Shown: piece after piece, positions 41,616-50,355 of the stretch
How positions within the stretch are numbered: position 1 is the stretch's first letter
Layout of the letters: every line of letters begins with the position of its first letter
Assembly (NCBI GenBank): GCA_965215605.1
Contig: OZ244070.1
Location: 2,720,001-2,784,000 of the forward strand
Direction: 5' to 3'
DNA from: an uncultured Candidatus Binatia bacterium
GTDB lineage: Bacteria; Desulfobacterota; Binatia; UBA9968; JAJDTQ01
DNA: 64,000 bases
The notes under the pieces: model-generated
What the model saw: only the letters and a program-made list of their open reading frames with translations
The model's database searches: none
What the model was told of the DNA's origin: nothing
Made by a program: the position numbers and the translations under genes

Positions 41616-42519
41616 ATTCGATCTGCGGCAACACCTTCTCCACGAACGTGTCTAGTTGCGCCAGGTCGGCGATGGCCAGGCCGATGATCAGGGTCTGGAG
41701 GCCGCCGGCGAAGATCCGGTTGATGCCGTCGGCGCACGCGCCGGCGCTCCCCACCAGCATGTACTTCTCCACGTCCATCCGCACCTTGCCGTAGTAGCGG
41801 ATGAGGTAGTTCTCGCACGCTTCCACCGCCTTGCTCTTGTCGTCGTCGATGGCGATGAAGGTGAGTCCGGCCTTCTCGATGCTGTCGGGGTCCCGTCCGG
41901 CGGCGCGGGCGTGGCCGCTGATCTTGTCCCACACCGTGTCGAAGTCGTGCACGGCGTTGCTGCCGCAGATGTAGCCGTCGGCCAGCCGCCCGACGCGCTT
42001 GAGAACGGCCTCGGCGGTGCCTCCCATCCAGATGGGAGGGTGAGGCGACTGGACGGTGTCCGGGCCGAAGCGGGTGCTGTGAAGGTCGAAGAACCGGCCG
42101 TGGTGCTCCACCTCTTCCTCGGTCCAGAGCCGCTTCATGAGCGCGAGAGACTCCTCGGCCCGGGTGCCACGGTGGTCCCAGGGGACCTCCACGGAGCTGA
42201 AATCGCTTTCCCGGCTGCCGAAGCCGATGCCCAGGGTCATCCTGCCGTTGGACAGAAAATCCAGGGTGGCCACGGTCTTGGCCAGCAGTGCCGGATGACG
42301 CAGCGCCGAAAGCAGCACCGATGTCCCCAGCCGGATGTTCTCGGTGGCGCCGGCCACGGCCGCCAGCACGGTCAGCGCCTCAAGGTTGTCATAGGCGATG
42401 CGGTCGATGGTCCAGAACGAATGCAGGCCCGCCTGGTCGCATTTTCGCGCCATGGCCGTGACGTAGCCCGGCTCTATCTGAGGGGCCGGATTGACGAAGC
42501 AGATGCCTAGGTTTCCCAT
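41599..42519 (-). CDS. LLM-class (luciferase-like) flavin-dependent oxidoreductase
   Basis: LAAVAGATENIRLGTSVL...HPALLAKTVATLDFLSNGRMTLGIGFG, PPIWMGG. Confidence 0.9.
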   Translation of the reverse strand: MGNLGICFVNPAPQIEPGYVTAMARKCDQAGLHSFWTIDRIAYDNLEALTVLAAVAGATENIRLGTSVLLSALRHPALLAKTVATLDFLSNGRMTLGIGFGSRESDFSSVEVPWDHRGTRAEESLALMKRLWTEEEVEHHGRFFDLHSTRFGPDTVQSPHPPIWMGGTAEAVLKRVGRLADGYICGSNAVHDFDTVWDKISGHARAAGRDPDSIEKAGLTFIAIDDDKSKAVEACENYLIRYYGKVRMDVEKYMLVGSAGACADGINRIFAGGLQTLIIGLAIADLAQLDTFVEKVLPQIESSPRA

Positions 42520-42685
42520 GGTGAAACGATCCTTTCCTGGAGTGGAGGGGTTCGCCGCCGCCAACCCCTCCACGTTTTGCCCGTATCCGAACTTGTGAAC
42601 GAGGATACCAGTCGTAGTAGTCGTTTTCCCCGATTCCCGCAACGGAACCGGGTGCCGTGAGAGGACGGAAGTCACCTGCGACAGC

Positions 42686-42714
42686 TTGACAGCCTCCCCA
42701 GACCTAGATATACC
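42686..42714 (+). promoter_or_regulatory. Putative sigma70 promoter for tctAB
   Basis: TTGACA-N17-TATACC. Confidence 0.45.
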
Positions 42715-42749
42715 CCTGTGGATTTTCCAAGGGGCAGAAGGGAGTTCCT

Positions 42750-44282
42750 ATGCTGGAAGCCGCCACCGTGGCGTTTGAGAACCTCCTGGTTCCGACCCGG
42801 TTGGGGTATCTGTTGATCGGCGTGCTGATGGGGCTGGCCCTGGGGGCGATCCCCGGCCTTGGGGGCCTTGTTGGGCTCGCCATCCTTCTGCCCTTCACCT
42901 TCGACATGGACTCCTTCGAGGCCTTCGCCATCATGATCGGCCTGATCTCGGTGACGAGCACCTCGGACACCATCCCCTCGGTGCTCTTCGGCGTCCCCGG
43001 CACTTCGGCGTCCCAGGCCACTATCCTCGACGGCCATCCAATGGCCAAGAAGGGCGAGGCCGGGCGCGCCTTCGGCGGCGCCTACATGGCCTCGCTCATG
43101 GGCGGTGTGTTCGGCTCGCTGGTGCTGGCGCTCTCCATTCCGGTGCTCCGCCCCATCGTGCTCGCGTTCGGCTCTCCCGAGTTCTTCATGCTGGGTCTTC
43201 TGGGCATCTCCATGGTGGCCGTGCTGAGTGGCACCGCGCCGGTGAAGGGGCTCGTCGCCGGCGCCCTGGGCCTGTGCGTGGGCATGGTAGGCATGGACCC
43301 GCAGACCGGCGTGCTTCGCTGGGTGTTCGGACAACTGTACCTCTGGGACGGCGTGCCCCTGGTGCCGGTGGCCCTGGGCATCTTCGCCATCCCCGAGATC
43401 GTCGACCTGACCATCCGGGGCACGCGCATCGCCGACGTGCCCAAGGAGCGGCTCAAGGGCGTCATGGCGGGGATTCGGGATGCTTTCCGTAACTGGTTCC
43501 TGGTGCTGCGTTGCGGCGTGGTGGGAGTCTTCGTCGGCGCCATCCCCGGCTTGGGCGCGTCGGTGGTGGACTGGTTCGCCTACGGCCACGCCATACAGAC
43601 CGAGAAGGGCGCCAACGAGACCTTCGGCACCGGCGACGTGCGCGGCGTTCTGGCGCCGGAGGCCGCCAACAACGCCAAGGAAGGGGGAGCGCTCATCCCC
43701 ACCATCGCCTTCGGCGTGCCGGGCAGCGCGTCCATGGCGTTGCTGCTCGGGGCCATGACCATCCAGGGGCTGACCCCTGGCTCCGCCATGCTCACCAAGG
43801 ATCTGGCAGTCACCTACACGATGATCTGGAGCCTGGCCATCGCCAACATCTTCGGCACCATCCTGTGCATGCTGCTGACCAATACCCTGGCCAAGATCGC
43901 CATGGTGCGGATCAATCTGTTGACCCCGCTGGTGGTGGTCGTCGTTATCCTGGCGTCGTTCCAGGCCACCCGGCACTGGGGCGACCTGTGGTCGCTGCTG
44001 TTCTTCTCACTGCTCGGTTGGTTCATGAAGCGGTTCAGTTGGCCGCGGCCGCCGCTGATCCTGGGGCTGGTGCTGAGCGGCATCATCGAGAACTACCTCT
44101 TCATCTCCATCAGCCGTTATGGCGCGACATGGATGCTGCGTCCCATCGTGCTGATTGTGATGGTGCTCATCGCCGCCAGCCTGTACTACGGCATTCGCAA
44201 CGCGCGCAAGGCGCAGGAGTTGCAGCAGACGCGCGAGGGGCAGATCGGGCGCGAACAAAGCGGGGAAGCCGATGAAGTTTAA
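42750..44282 (+). CDS. Tripartite tricarboxylate transporter large permease (TctA family)
   Basis: GAIPGLG, PGT...ATILDGHPMAKKG, APEAANNA, PLILGLVL. Confidence 0.93.
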   Translation: MLEAATVAFENLLVPTRLGYLLIGVLMGLALGAIPGLGGLVGLAILLPFTFDMDSFEAFAIMIGLISVTSTSDTIPSVLFGVPGTSASQATILDGHPMAKKGEAGRAFGGAYMASLMGGVFGSLVLALSIPVLRPIVLAFGSPEFFMLGLLGISMVAVLSGTAPVKGLVAGALGLCVGMVGMDPQTGVLRWVFGQLYLWDGVPLVPVALGIFAIPEIVDLTIRGTRIADVPKERLKGVMAGIRDAFRNWFLVLRCGVVGVFVGAIPGLGASVVDWFAYGHAIQTEKGANETFGTGDVRGVLAPEAANNAKEGGALIPTIAFGVPGSASMALLLGAMTIQGLTPGSAMLTKDLAVTYTMIWSLAIANIFGTILCMLLTNTLAKIAMVRINLLTPLVVVVVILASFQATRHWGDLWSLLFFSLLGWFMKRFSWPRPPLILGLVLSGIIENYLFISISRYGATWMLRPIVLIVMVLIAASLYYGIRNARKAQELQQTREGQIGREQSGEADEV

Positions 44283-44808
44283 GGCCAACCCTGGGGCGTT
44301 GTTCACCGTCGTCGTCCTGCTGCTGATGGTCGGCCTGGTGATCACCGCCAAGCAGTGGCAATACCAGGCGCGGCTGTTTCCATGGACCATCGGCATTCCC
44401 ACGATGCTGCTATGTTTCCTGCAGCTCGGCCTGGACCTGTTTCGCGGCAAGGACGGAGACCAGGACGTGGCGGGCATGATGGACCTGCCGGTGGACCGAA
44501 GCGTTCCGGTGGCGGTGGTGGTCAGGCGCGCCATCAACATTTTCGCATGGATCGTCGGCCTCTACCTGTCCATCTGGATCATCGGGTTCATCCTCAGCGT
44601 CCCGCTCTTCCTGCTCCTCTACTTGGGCATTCAGGCCGGCGAGTCGTGGAAGGTCGCCGTGACCTACATGCTGGTGATGATGGTGTTCATGATCGGGGTC
44701 TTCGAGATGGTGTTGCACATCCCGTGGCCGCCGGGCTTGATTAACGGGCCGCAAGAGTTCATTCTGGGGCTGGTGGAAAGGTACTTGTCGGGTCTGGTTC
44801 CCATTTGA
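44272..44808 (+). CDS. Tripartite tricarboxylate transporter small permease (TctB family)
   Basis: About 4 TM segments, ARLFP, FEMVLHIPWP; overlaps the tctA stop. Confidence 0.8.
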   Translation: MKFKANPGALFTVVVLLLMVGLVITAKQWQYQARLFPWTIGIPTMLLCFLQLGLDLFRGKDGDQDVAGMMDLPVDRSVPVAVVVRRAINIFAWIVGLYLSIWIIGFILSVPLFLLLYLGIQAGESWKVAVTYMLVMMVFMIGVFEMVLHIPWPPGLINGPQEFILGLVERYLSGLVPI

Positions 44809-44840
44809 TTGCGGGGCCGGAATTTGGGTCAAGATGGCAC

Positions 44841-44870
44841 TTGACATTTGCCGCAAGGCTTACGTATAAA
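44841..44870 (+). promoter_or_regulatory. Putative sigma70 promoter
   Basis: TTGACA-N18-TATAAA. Confidence 0.45.
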
Positions 44871-44916
44871 AAGAGCCGTCTGGATCAGCGGAGAAAAAAC
44901 CAAAGGGAGGTAGCGT

Positions 44917-45315
44917 ATGGCAAGGAAGAGTCTAGTCGGTTTGGCGGCGGCCTTGGGAGCGTTGTTTCTGCTGTCGACGGTCGCTATGGCAATGGGCCCC
45001 AAGCTCATGGTTGACGTGGGCGACGTGAAGAAGGGCCGGCTGCAGGTCAAGATCTCCGCGGAGGGCCTCAAGGCGGGCCAAGAGGTGGGCATCCGCACCA
45101 TGATGGGCGGCGTGCTGTCGGACGTGAGCTTCCTGGCGAAGCCTGCGGTCGAGAAGGCGGACGACAAGGGCATGGTGGCCACCACGTGGGGGATCCGGGG
45201 ACGGACCATCAAGCGGCTGCTGAAGCCCGGCGACCACGAGGTCATGCTGGTGGATGCGGACGGCAACACTTTGGCCAAGGCCAAGCTGTCGATTCCCAAG
45301 CCGGCCAAGAAATAG
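44917..45315 (+). CDS. Small secreted Lys-rich hypothetical protein
   Basis: GGGAGG RBS, signal peptide ending AMA, host-like codon usage. Confidence 0.75.
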   Translation: MARKSLVGLAAALGALFLLSTVAMAMGPKLMVDVGDVKKGRLQVKISAEGLKAGQEVGIRTMMGGVLSDVSFLAKPAVEKADDKGMVATTWGIRGRTIKRLLKPGDHEVMLVDADGNTLAKAKLSIPKPAKK

Positions 45316-45527
45316 GTTTGCATGCGGAAGGAGCGTCCCTGGTCTCGTGCCAGGGACACTCTTCATGCAGGTCGGCTCCGGCAGGAGCGGCCGTCAATTA
45401 CAGACGGGCTGAGGATCTCGGTTTGAACTCGAGTCCTCAGCCCGTTTGCGTTCAAGGCCCGGCTTTGCCCGGATGATCGGGTGGGGTCCCGGCGGCTGGT
45501 GGCCGCTGTGGAGGAGGTAAACGGATC

Positions 45528-46610
45528 ATGAAGCGATCGAGAGTGGCGAGTTGGTGCACCGTGTTCTTTCTAATGTTCTTCGCCGTGTTGACCACGACGG
45601 CGGCGGCCAAGACCATAACCATCCTGATCGGCTATCCGCCCGGCGGAGGCCACGACATCGAGGCGCGCGTCATGGGGCGCTACCTCGGAAAATACCTTCC
45701 CGGAAACCCGAAGGTCATCGTCCAGAACATGCCGGGTGCCGGCGGCATGATCATGTCGTCCTACGTCTACAACCGGGCCAAGCCGGACGGGAACACCATC
45801 GGCCTCTTCGGCAGCAGCCACGGACTGCAGGCGGTGCTGGCGCCGCCGGAAATGGTCAAGTACGATCTTTCCAAGATGCCGATCATCTGGTCCGTTGCCG
45901 GCATCCAGGTTCATCTGACACGGGACTTTCTCGGAGCGAAAAACGCCAACGATCTGTTGACCAAGGTCGACCGTTCGAAGATCGTCGTGGCGGGCCGCTC
46001 CAAGCAGGGCTCCTCGTGCCTGCGCGGCCAGTTGGCCCTGCGGCTCCTGGGCGTCGAAAAGTACACGGCGGTGTGCGCCTATGGGGGAACGTCACCCATC
46101 AGGGCCGCCATGGAACGGAGCGAGGTGAGTTACTTCGTGGCCAGCGACGCTCACCTGGTGGGCGGCGGCGCCTTCGTGGACCTGCACAAGCGCGGCCTGG
46201 TGTTCCCGATGTACCAGAGCGGTATCCTCAAGGCCGATGGGAGCATCGCGCGGTCCGCCACGGTCAAGGGGGACGTCCCCACGCTTTACGAGGTGTTCAA
46301 GGCGGCCCACAAGAAAGAGCCTTCGGGCCCCGATTGGGAGGCGTGGCGCGCCATCGGGCTGGGTATCTCGAATCTGACCCGCACCCTGGTGCTGCCTCCG
46401 GGCATCGCCGCGGCCAAGGTCGGGGAGTTGCGCGAGGCGGTGGGGAAGATGTCCAAGGATCCGGGTTTCGTCAAGGACTGGGAGAGGGTCTTCGGCCAGA
46501 AGCTCGCTCCGGTGCTGGTGACGCCGAAGGATGCGTCCAAGATCCGCGACGAGACCATGGCGCCCGCCGAGTGGCAGACTCATCTCCGCAAGTTCGTCGG
46601 CGTCAAGTAG
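45528..46610 (+). CDS. TTT substrate-binding protein (TctC/Bug-like) 1
   Basis: Signal peptide; GYPPGGGHD, VQNMPGAGG, AKPDGNT. Confidence 0.88.
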   Translation: MKRSRVASWCTVFFLMFFAVLTTTAAAKTITILIGYPPGGGHDIEARVMGRYLGKYLPGNPKVIVQNMPGAGGMIMSSYVYNRAKPDGNTIGLFGSSHGLQAVLAPPEMVKYDLSKMPIIWSVAGIQVHLTRDFLGAKNANDLLTKVDRSKIVVAGRSKQGSSCLRGQLALRLLGVEKYTAVCAYGGTSPIRAAMERSEVSYFVASDAHLVGGGAFVDLHKRGLVFPMYQSGILKADGSIARSATVKGDVPTLYEVFKAAHKKEPSGPDWEAWRAIGLGISNLTRTLVLPPGIAAAKVGELREAVGKMSKDPGFVKDWERVFGQKLAPVLVTPKDASKIRDETMAPAEWQTHLRKFVGVK

Positions 46611-46662
46611 CGTCCGTGTGAACGGAGAGGTGTCCCATCGGTTCTCGCAAAGGAGAAATCTC

Positions 46663-47760
46663 ATGACCTTACGAAAAGTGTTGTTGTTCGTGTGCTGTGC
46701 GATGCTGGGGATTCTCGCCTTCGGCCCGGCGCATGCCTTCACCGAAGGCAAGAGAATACAGATCCTTTCCGGCTATTCTCCCGGCGGCGGGCACGATACC
46801 GAAGGCCGGCTCATCGCCCGCCGCATCGGCAAGTACCTTCCGGGCATGCCCAAGAAGGTGGTCAAGATCAACATGCCCGGGGCGTCCGGTCTGATTCACG
46901 GCGCCTACACTGCCCACAAGGCCAAAAAGGACGGCCTCACCTGGTCCATCATGGGCACCACCCACCTGAGCAGTTCGGTCCTGAAGGAGCCCAAGCCCAA
47001 CTTCGACCTGACGAAGATGCCGTCGATCTACTCCACCAGCGGCGCCTCCGCCGCCATCGTCCGGGACTTCCTCAAGGTCAAGACCGGTCTCGAGCTGACC
47101 AAGATCGATCCCAAGACAATCGCGGTTTCAGGGCGCTCCATCACCGGATCGTCCTTCCTGAACGACGCCATCGGCCTGGACCTGCTGGGCATCAAGGGCT
47201 ACAAGTTCGCCGTGGGTTATCCCGGCACCGCCCAGATGGCCCTTGCGTTCCTGTCGGGAGAGGTCTCCTACGTCGGCGGCACCGGGCTCCATCACGTGCT
47301 TGGCAGCGGGGGGCGGTACTATTCCTCCATCCAGGAGGGGGTCGCCGTCGCCATCTGGCAGGGCGGCGTGTTGACTCCCGACGGGAAGGTCATCCGTTCT
47401 CCCGGCACCGACATCCCGACCTTCGAGGAGGTCTACAAGCAGGTGCATGGCAAGGCCCCCTCGGGCCCGGCGTGGGAGGCGTACAAGCTGACCGGCCCGA
47501 CCCTGCGGACCCTGAACCGTACGCTGGTGGTGCCTCCGGGCACGCCGGCGGACCGCGTGGCCGCCATCCGGGCCGCCTTCGACAAGATGTACTCCGATCC
47601 CGTCTACGTGAAGGAGTGGGAGAAGATTTTCGGGCTCAAGCTCGACTACATCAAGGGTCCCGACGCGGACAAGGTCACCAAGACCCTGCTCCGGCCCTCG
47701 CCGGGGTGGGACTATCTCAAGAAGGAGTACATCCCCGCGCTGCTGGCGCGCAAGAAATAG
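46663..47760 (+). CDS. TTT substrate-binding protein (TctC/Bug-like) 2
   Basis: Signal peptide; GYSPGGGHD, INMPGASG, KKDGLT, PPGTP. Confidence 0.88.
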   Translation: MTLRKVLLFVCCAMLGILAFGPAHAFTEGKRIQILSGYSPGGGHDTEGRLIARRIGKYLPGMPKKVVKINMPGASGLIHGAYTAHKAKKDGLTWSIMGTTHLSSSVLKEPKPNFDLTKMPSIYSTSGASAAIVRDFLKVKTGLELTKIDPKTIAVSGRSITGSSFLNDAIGLDLLGIKGYKFAVGYPGTAQMALAFLSGEVSYVGGTGLHHVLGSGGRYYSSIQEGVAVAIWQGGVLTPDGKVIRSPGTDIPTFEEVYKQVHGKAPSGPAWEAYKLTGPTLRTLNRTLVVPPGTPADRVAAIRAAFDKMYSDPVYVKEWEKIFGLKLDYIKGPDADKVTKTLLRPSPGWDYLKKEYIPALLARKK

Positions 47761-47841
47761 ACCAACAATAGACCAACCCCATTGCCGTCCGGCGCGGTTC
47801 GCGCGCCGGACGGCAATGAATTCCCGACGGCGAAACATCTT

Positions 47842-49224
47842 ATGAAAAAGGACATACGCACCTGGATCGACCAGTTGCGGGGCGCCGGTGTGCTCGACAC
47901 CATCTCGAAGCCGGTGGATCCGCGGACGCAGATGGGCGCGCTCCTGTGGCAGTCCCGTGAGCGGGCGCTGCTCTTCGAGAACCTCGACGGCTATCCGGGC
48001 TGGCGCTGCCTCGGGCAGGCGCCGGGCGACGTGCGGCTGGCGCCGCTGGCCTTCGGCTGCGACCGCAACGAGATGGTGCCGGAGTTCGTCCGGCGTACGC
48101 AGACGGCCGGCACTACCCGCTTGGTATCCTCGGGTCCGGTCAAGGAGCGCGTGCTCAAGGGCGACGAGGTGGACATCACGAAGATGCCCATCCACCAGTG
48201 CGGCATCCGGGACGGCGGCCCCTTCATCTCCGCGGGGCTGATGATCTCCAAGGATCCGGACACGGGCCACCGCAACCTGAGCTTCCACCGCCTGCAGATG
48301 AAGGGACCCCGGAAGACCGGCATCCTGCTCTATCCGCGCCATGGCTGGGCCAACTACCAGAAGCACGAATCCAAGGGCGAGGGCATGCCCGTGGCCTTCA
48401 TGATCGGCCACCACCCCATGTATTACTTCGCCGCCGCCACCACCACGGACTACGGCCGGGACGAGTTGACCATCGCCTCGGGGCTCTTGCAGGAAGAGGT
48501 CGAGATGGTGAAGTGCGAGACCATCGACATGGAGGTGCCGGCCCAGGCCGAGGTGGTGCTGGAAGGCGAGATCCTGCCCCACGTGCGCGAGGAGGAAGGC
48601 CCCTTCAGCGAGTTTCAGGACTACTACCTGGCGGGCGCGGGCCAGAACCCCGTGTTCCAGGTGAACGCCATCACCATGCGCGGCGACGCCATCTTCAAGA
48701 ACATCCAGAACGGCGCCGAGGTGGAGGGCTGCGTCTATCACAAGGTGCCCATGTCCGCCCAGATCCTCCGGCGCATAAGGAGCGTCGGCGGCGGTGCCCA
48801 GGTGAAGAACGTGCTGGCGTTGCCGGGCATCTTCGGCATCGTCGTGCAGATGAACGCCCGCTACTACGGCGAGGCCAGAAATGTCCTCATGGCCGCGCTT
48901 TCCAGCGAGTACCAGCATCCCAAGGTGGCCATCGCCGTGGACGAGGACGTGGACATCTTCAACTATGCCGACGTGTTGTGGGCGATCTCCACGAGAGTGA
49001 ACCCGGCGGAAGACATCATCACCATACCCGGCGCGAAGGTCCACGCCATGGACCCCTCGTGCCAGGAAGTGGGCAAGCCCGGCGCGCCCGGCTGGCACCG
49101 GGTCGGCGGCAAGGTGATGATCGACGCCACCAAGCCGCCGGAGTGCGACCCGGCGCGGCGGTTCGAGTTCGAGCGCCTGCAGCCCATGGGCGCGGGCCAG
49201 GTGCGATTGGAAGATTTTCTCTAG
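47842..49224 (+). CDS. UbiD family prFMN-dependent (de)carboxylase
   Basis: DGGPFI, NLSFHR, EVVLEG, EGPFSE, VDEDVD, WAISTR, KVMIDATKP. Confidence 0.92.
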   Translation: MKKDIRTWIDQLRGAGVLDTISKPVDPRTQMGALLWQSRERALLFENLDGYPGWRCLGQAPGDVRLAPLAFGCDRNEMVPEFVRRTQTAGTTRLVSSGPVKERVLKGDEVDITKMPIHQCGIRDGGPFISAGLMISKDPDTGHRNLSFHRLQMKGPRKTGILLYPRHGWANYQKHESKGEGMPVAFMIGHHPMYYFAAATTTDYGRDELTIASGLLQEEVEMVKCETIDMEVPAQAEVVLEGEILPHVREEEGPFSEFQDYYLAGAGQNPVFQVNAITMRGDAIFKNIQNGAEVEGCVYHKVPMSAQILRRIRSVGGGAQVKNVLALPGIFGIVVQMNARYYGEARNVLMAALSSEYQHPKVAIAVDEDVDIFNYADVLWAISTRVNPAEDIITIPGAKVHAMDPSCQEVGKPGAPGWHRVGGKVMIDATKPPECDPARRFEFERLQPMGAGQVRLEDFL

Positions 49225-49245
49225 CAGCCTGTCCGGCTGGCGGGC

Positions 49246-49268
49246 GTAGGAGCGACCCGCGATCGCCC
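49246..49268 (+). repeat. GTAG-type REP-like palindrome
   Basis: GTAGGAGCGACCCGCGATCGCCC. Confidence 0.45.
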
Positions 49269-49309
49269 GTGCACGCGCCCGCCACCATGGCCGGAAGAAG
49301 GAGCCCAGA

Positions 49310-50050
49310 TTGAGCGACGTGGCCATCATTTCCGGCGGCGGCAACGGCATCGGCCGTTGCGTCGCGTTGCGTTTCGCCCGAGCGGGCATCGCCGTCGCCA
49401 TCGCCGACGCGGACCGGGAGGGAGCCGACAGGGTCGTGGGCGAGCTGACCGCCGCCGGGGCGCAGGCCCGGGCCTACTCCGTCGACGTGACCCGTGCGGC
49501 GGAGATCAAGGACGTGGTGGCGCAAGTCCGCGCGGGTCTCGGCAGCGTCGACATCCTCTGCAACCTGGCCGGCGGCACCATCCACACCAAAGCGGTGGAG
49601 GACCTGTCCTGGGCCGAGTGGCGCGAGGTGCTGGACGTCAACCTGAAGGGGACCTTCCTCTTCTGCCGCGAGGTGGCTCCGCTGATGATGGAGCAACGGC
49701 GCGGCCGCATCGTCAACACCGCGTCCAATTACGGCCTTACCGGCTGCGCCTTGCGCACGCCCTACTCGGCGGCCAAGTCCGGCGTCATCGGGTTCACCAA
49801 ATCCTTGGCACGGGAGCTGGGAGCGTACGGCGTGCTGGTCAATACGGTCGCCCCGGGCCCCACGGATACCCCGCGGGTGCTGGCGAACGCCGCCCCCGGG
49901 TCCCGAGAGGCCTGGAAGCCGCTGATTCCCCTGGGCCGGACCGGCCAGCCGGAGGACATCGCCGAAGGCTTCTATTTCCTCGTGAGCCCCGAGAACACCT
50001 ACATCACCGGGTACACGCTCAACGTCAACGGCGGCGTGGTGATGAACTGA
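49310..50050 (+). CDS. Short-chain dehydrogenase/reductase
   Basis: SGGGNGIG, YSAAK, VAPGPTDT. Confidence 0.92.
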   Translation: MSDVAIISGGGNGIGRCVALRFARAGIAVAIADADREGADRVVGELTAAGAQARAYSVDVTRAAEIKDVVAQVRAGLGSVDILCNLAGGTIHTKAVEDLSWAEWREVLDVNLKGTFLFCREVAPLMMEQRRGRIVNTASNYGLTGCALRTPYSAAKSGVIGFTKSLARELGAYGVLVNTVAPGPTDTPRVLANAAPGSREAWKPLIPLGRTGQPEDIAEGFYFLVSPENTYITGYTLNVNGGVVMN

Positions 50051-50355
50051 ACGGATTCGACGAACGGATATCCGTGGACTCGGCCGTCGCGGATGAATCC
50101 CTTGAATCCGGGCACCAGACGCGCTAGCTAATATCCTCGGTGCCCTCAACCCGGCTGCGGCAAGTTCCGGGGTCGTTTCACCTTACGGTTCCCGTCCCAG
50201 GCAGGTCGCATTAGCGGAGCGAAACCGAGCGCAGGACTTTGATGTCTTGTCGGGTGACGCCTTCGGCCAACCCGGCCGACAGGGAAGGACCTTGTTGCCG
50301 CGCCGGCCGGGAAGGCGCCACCGGGCAGAGTTCGGAATCAGGAGGAAGAACAGGC

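Noticed and set aside
42542-42573. Hairpin GTGGAGGGGTT/AACCCCTCCAC as a riboswitch
   Set aside because: A single stem with no recognisable aptamer consensus
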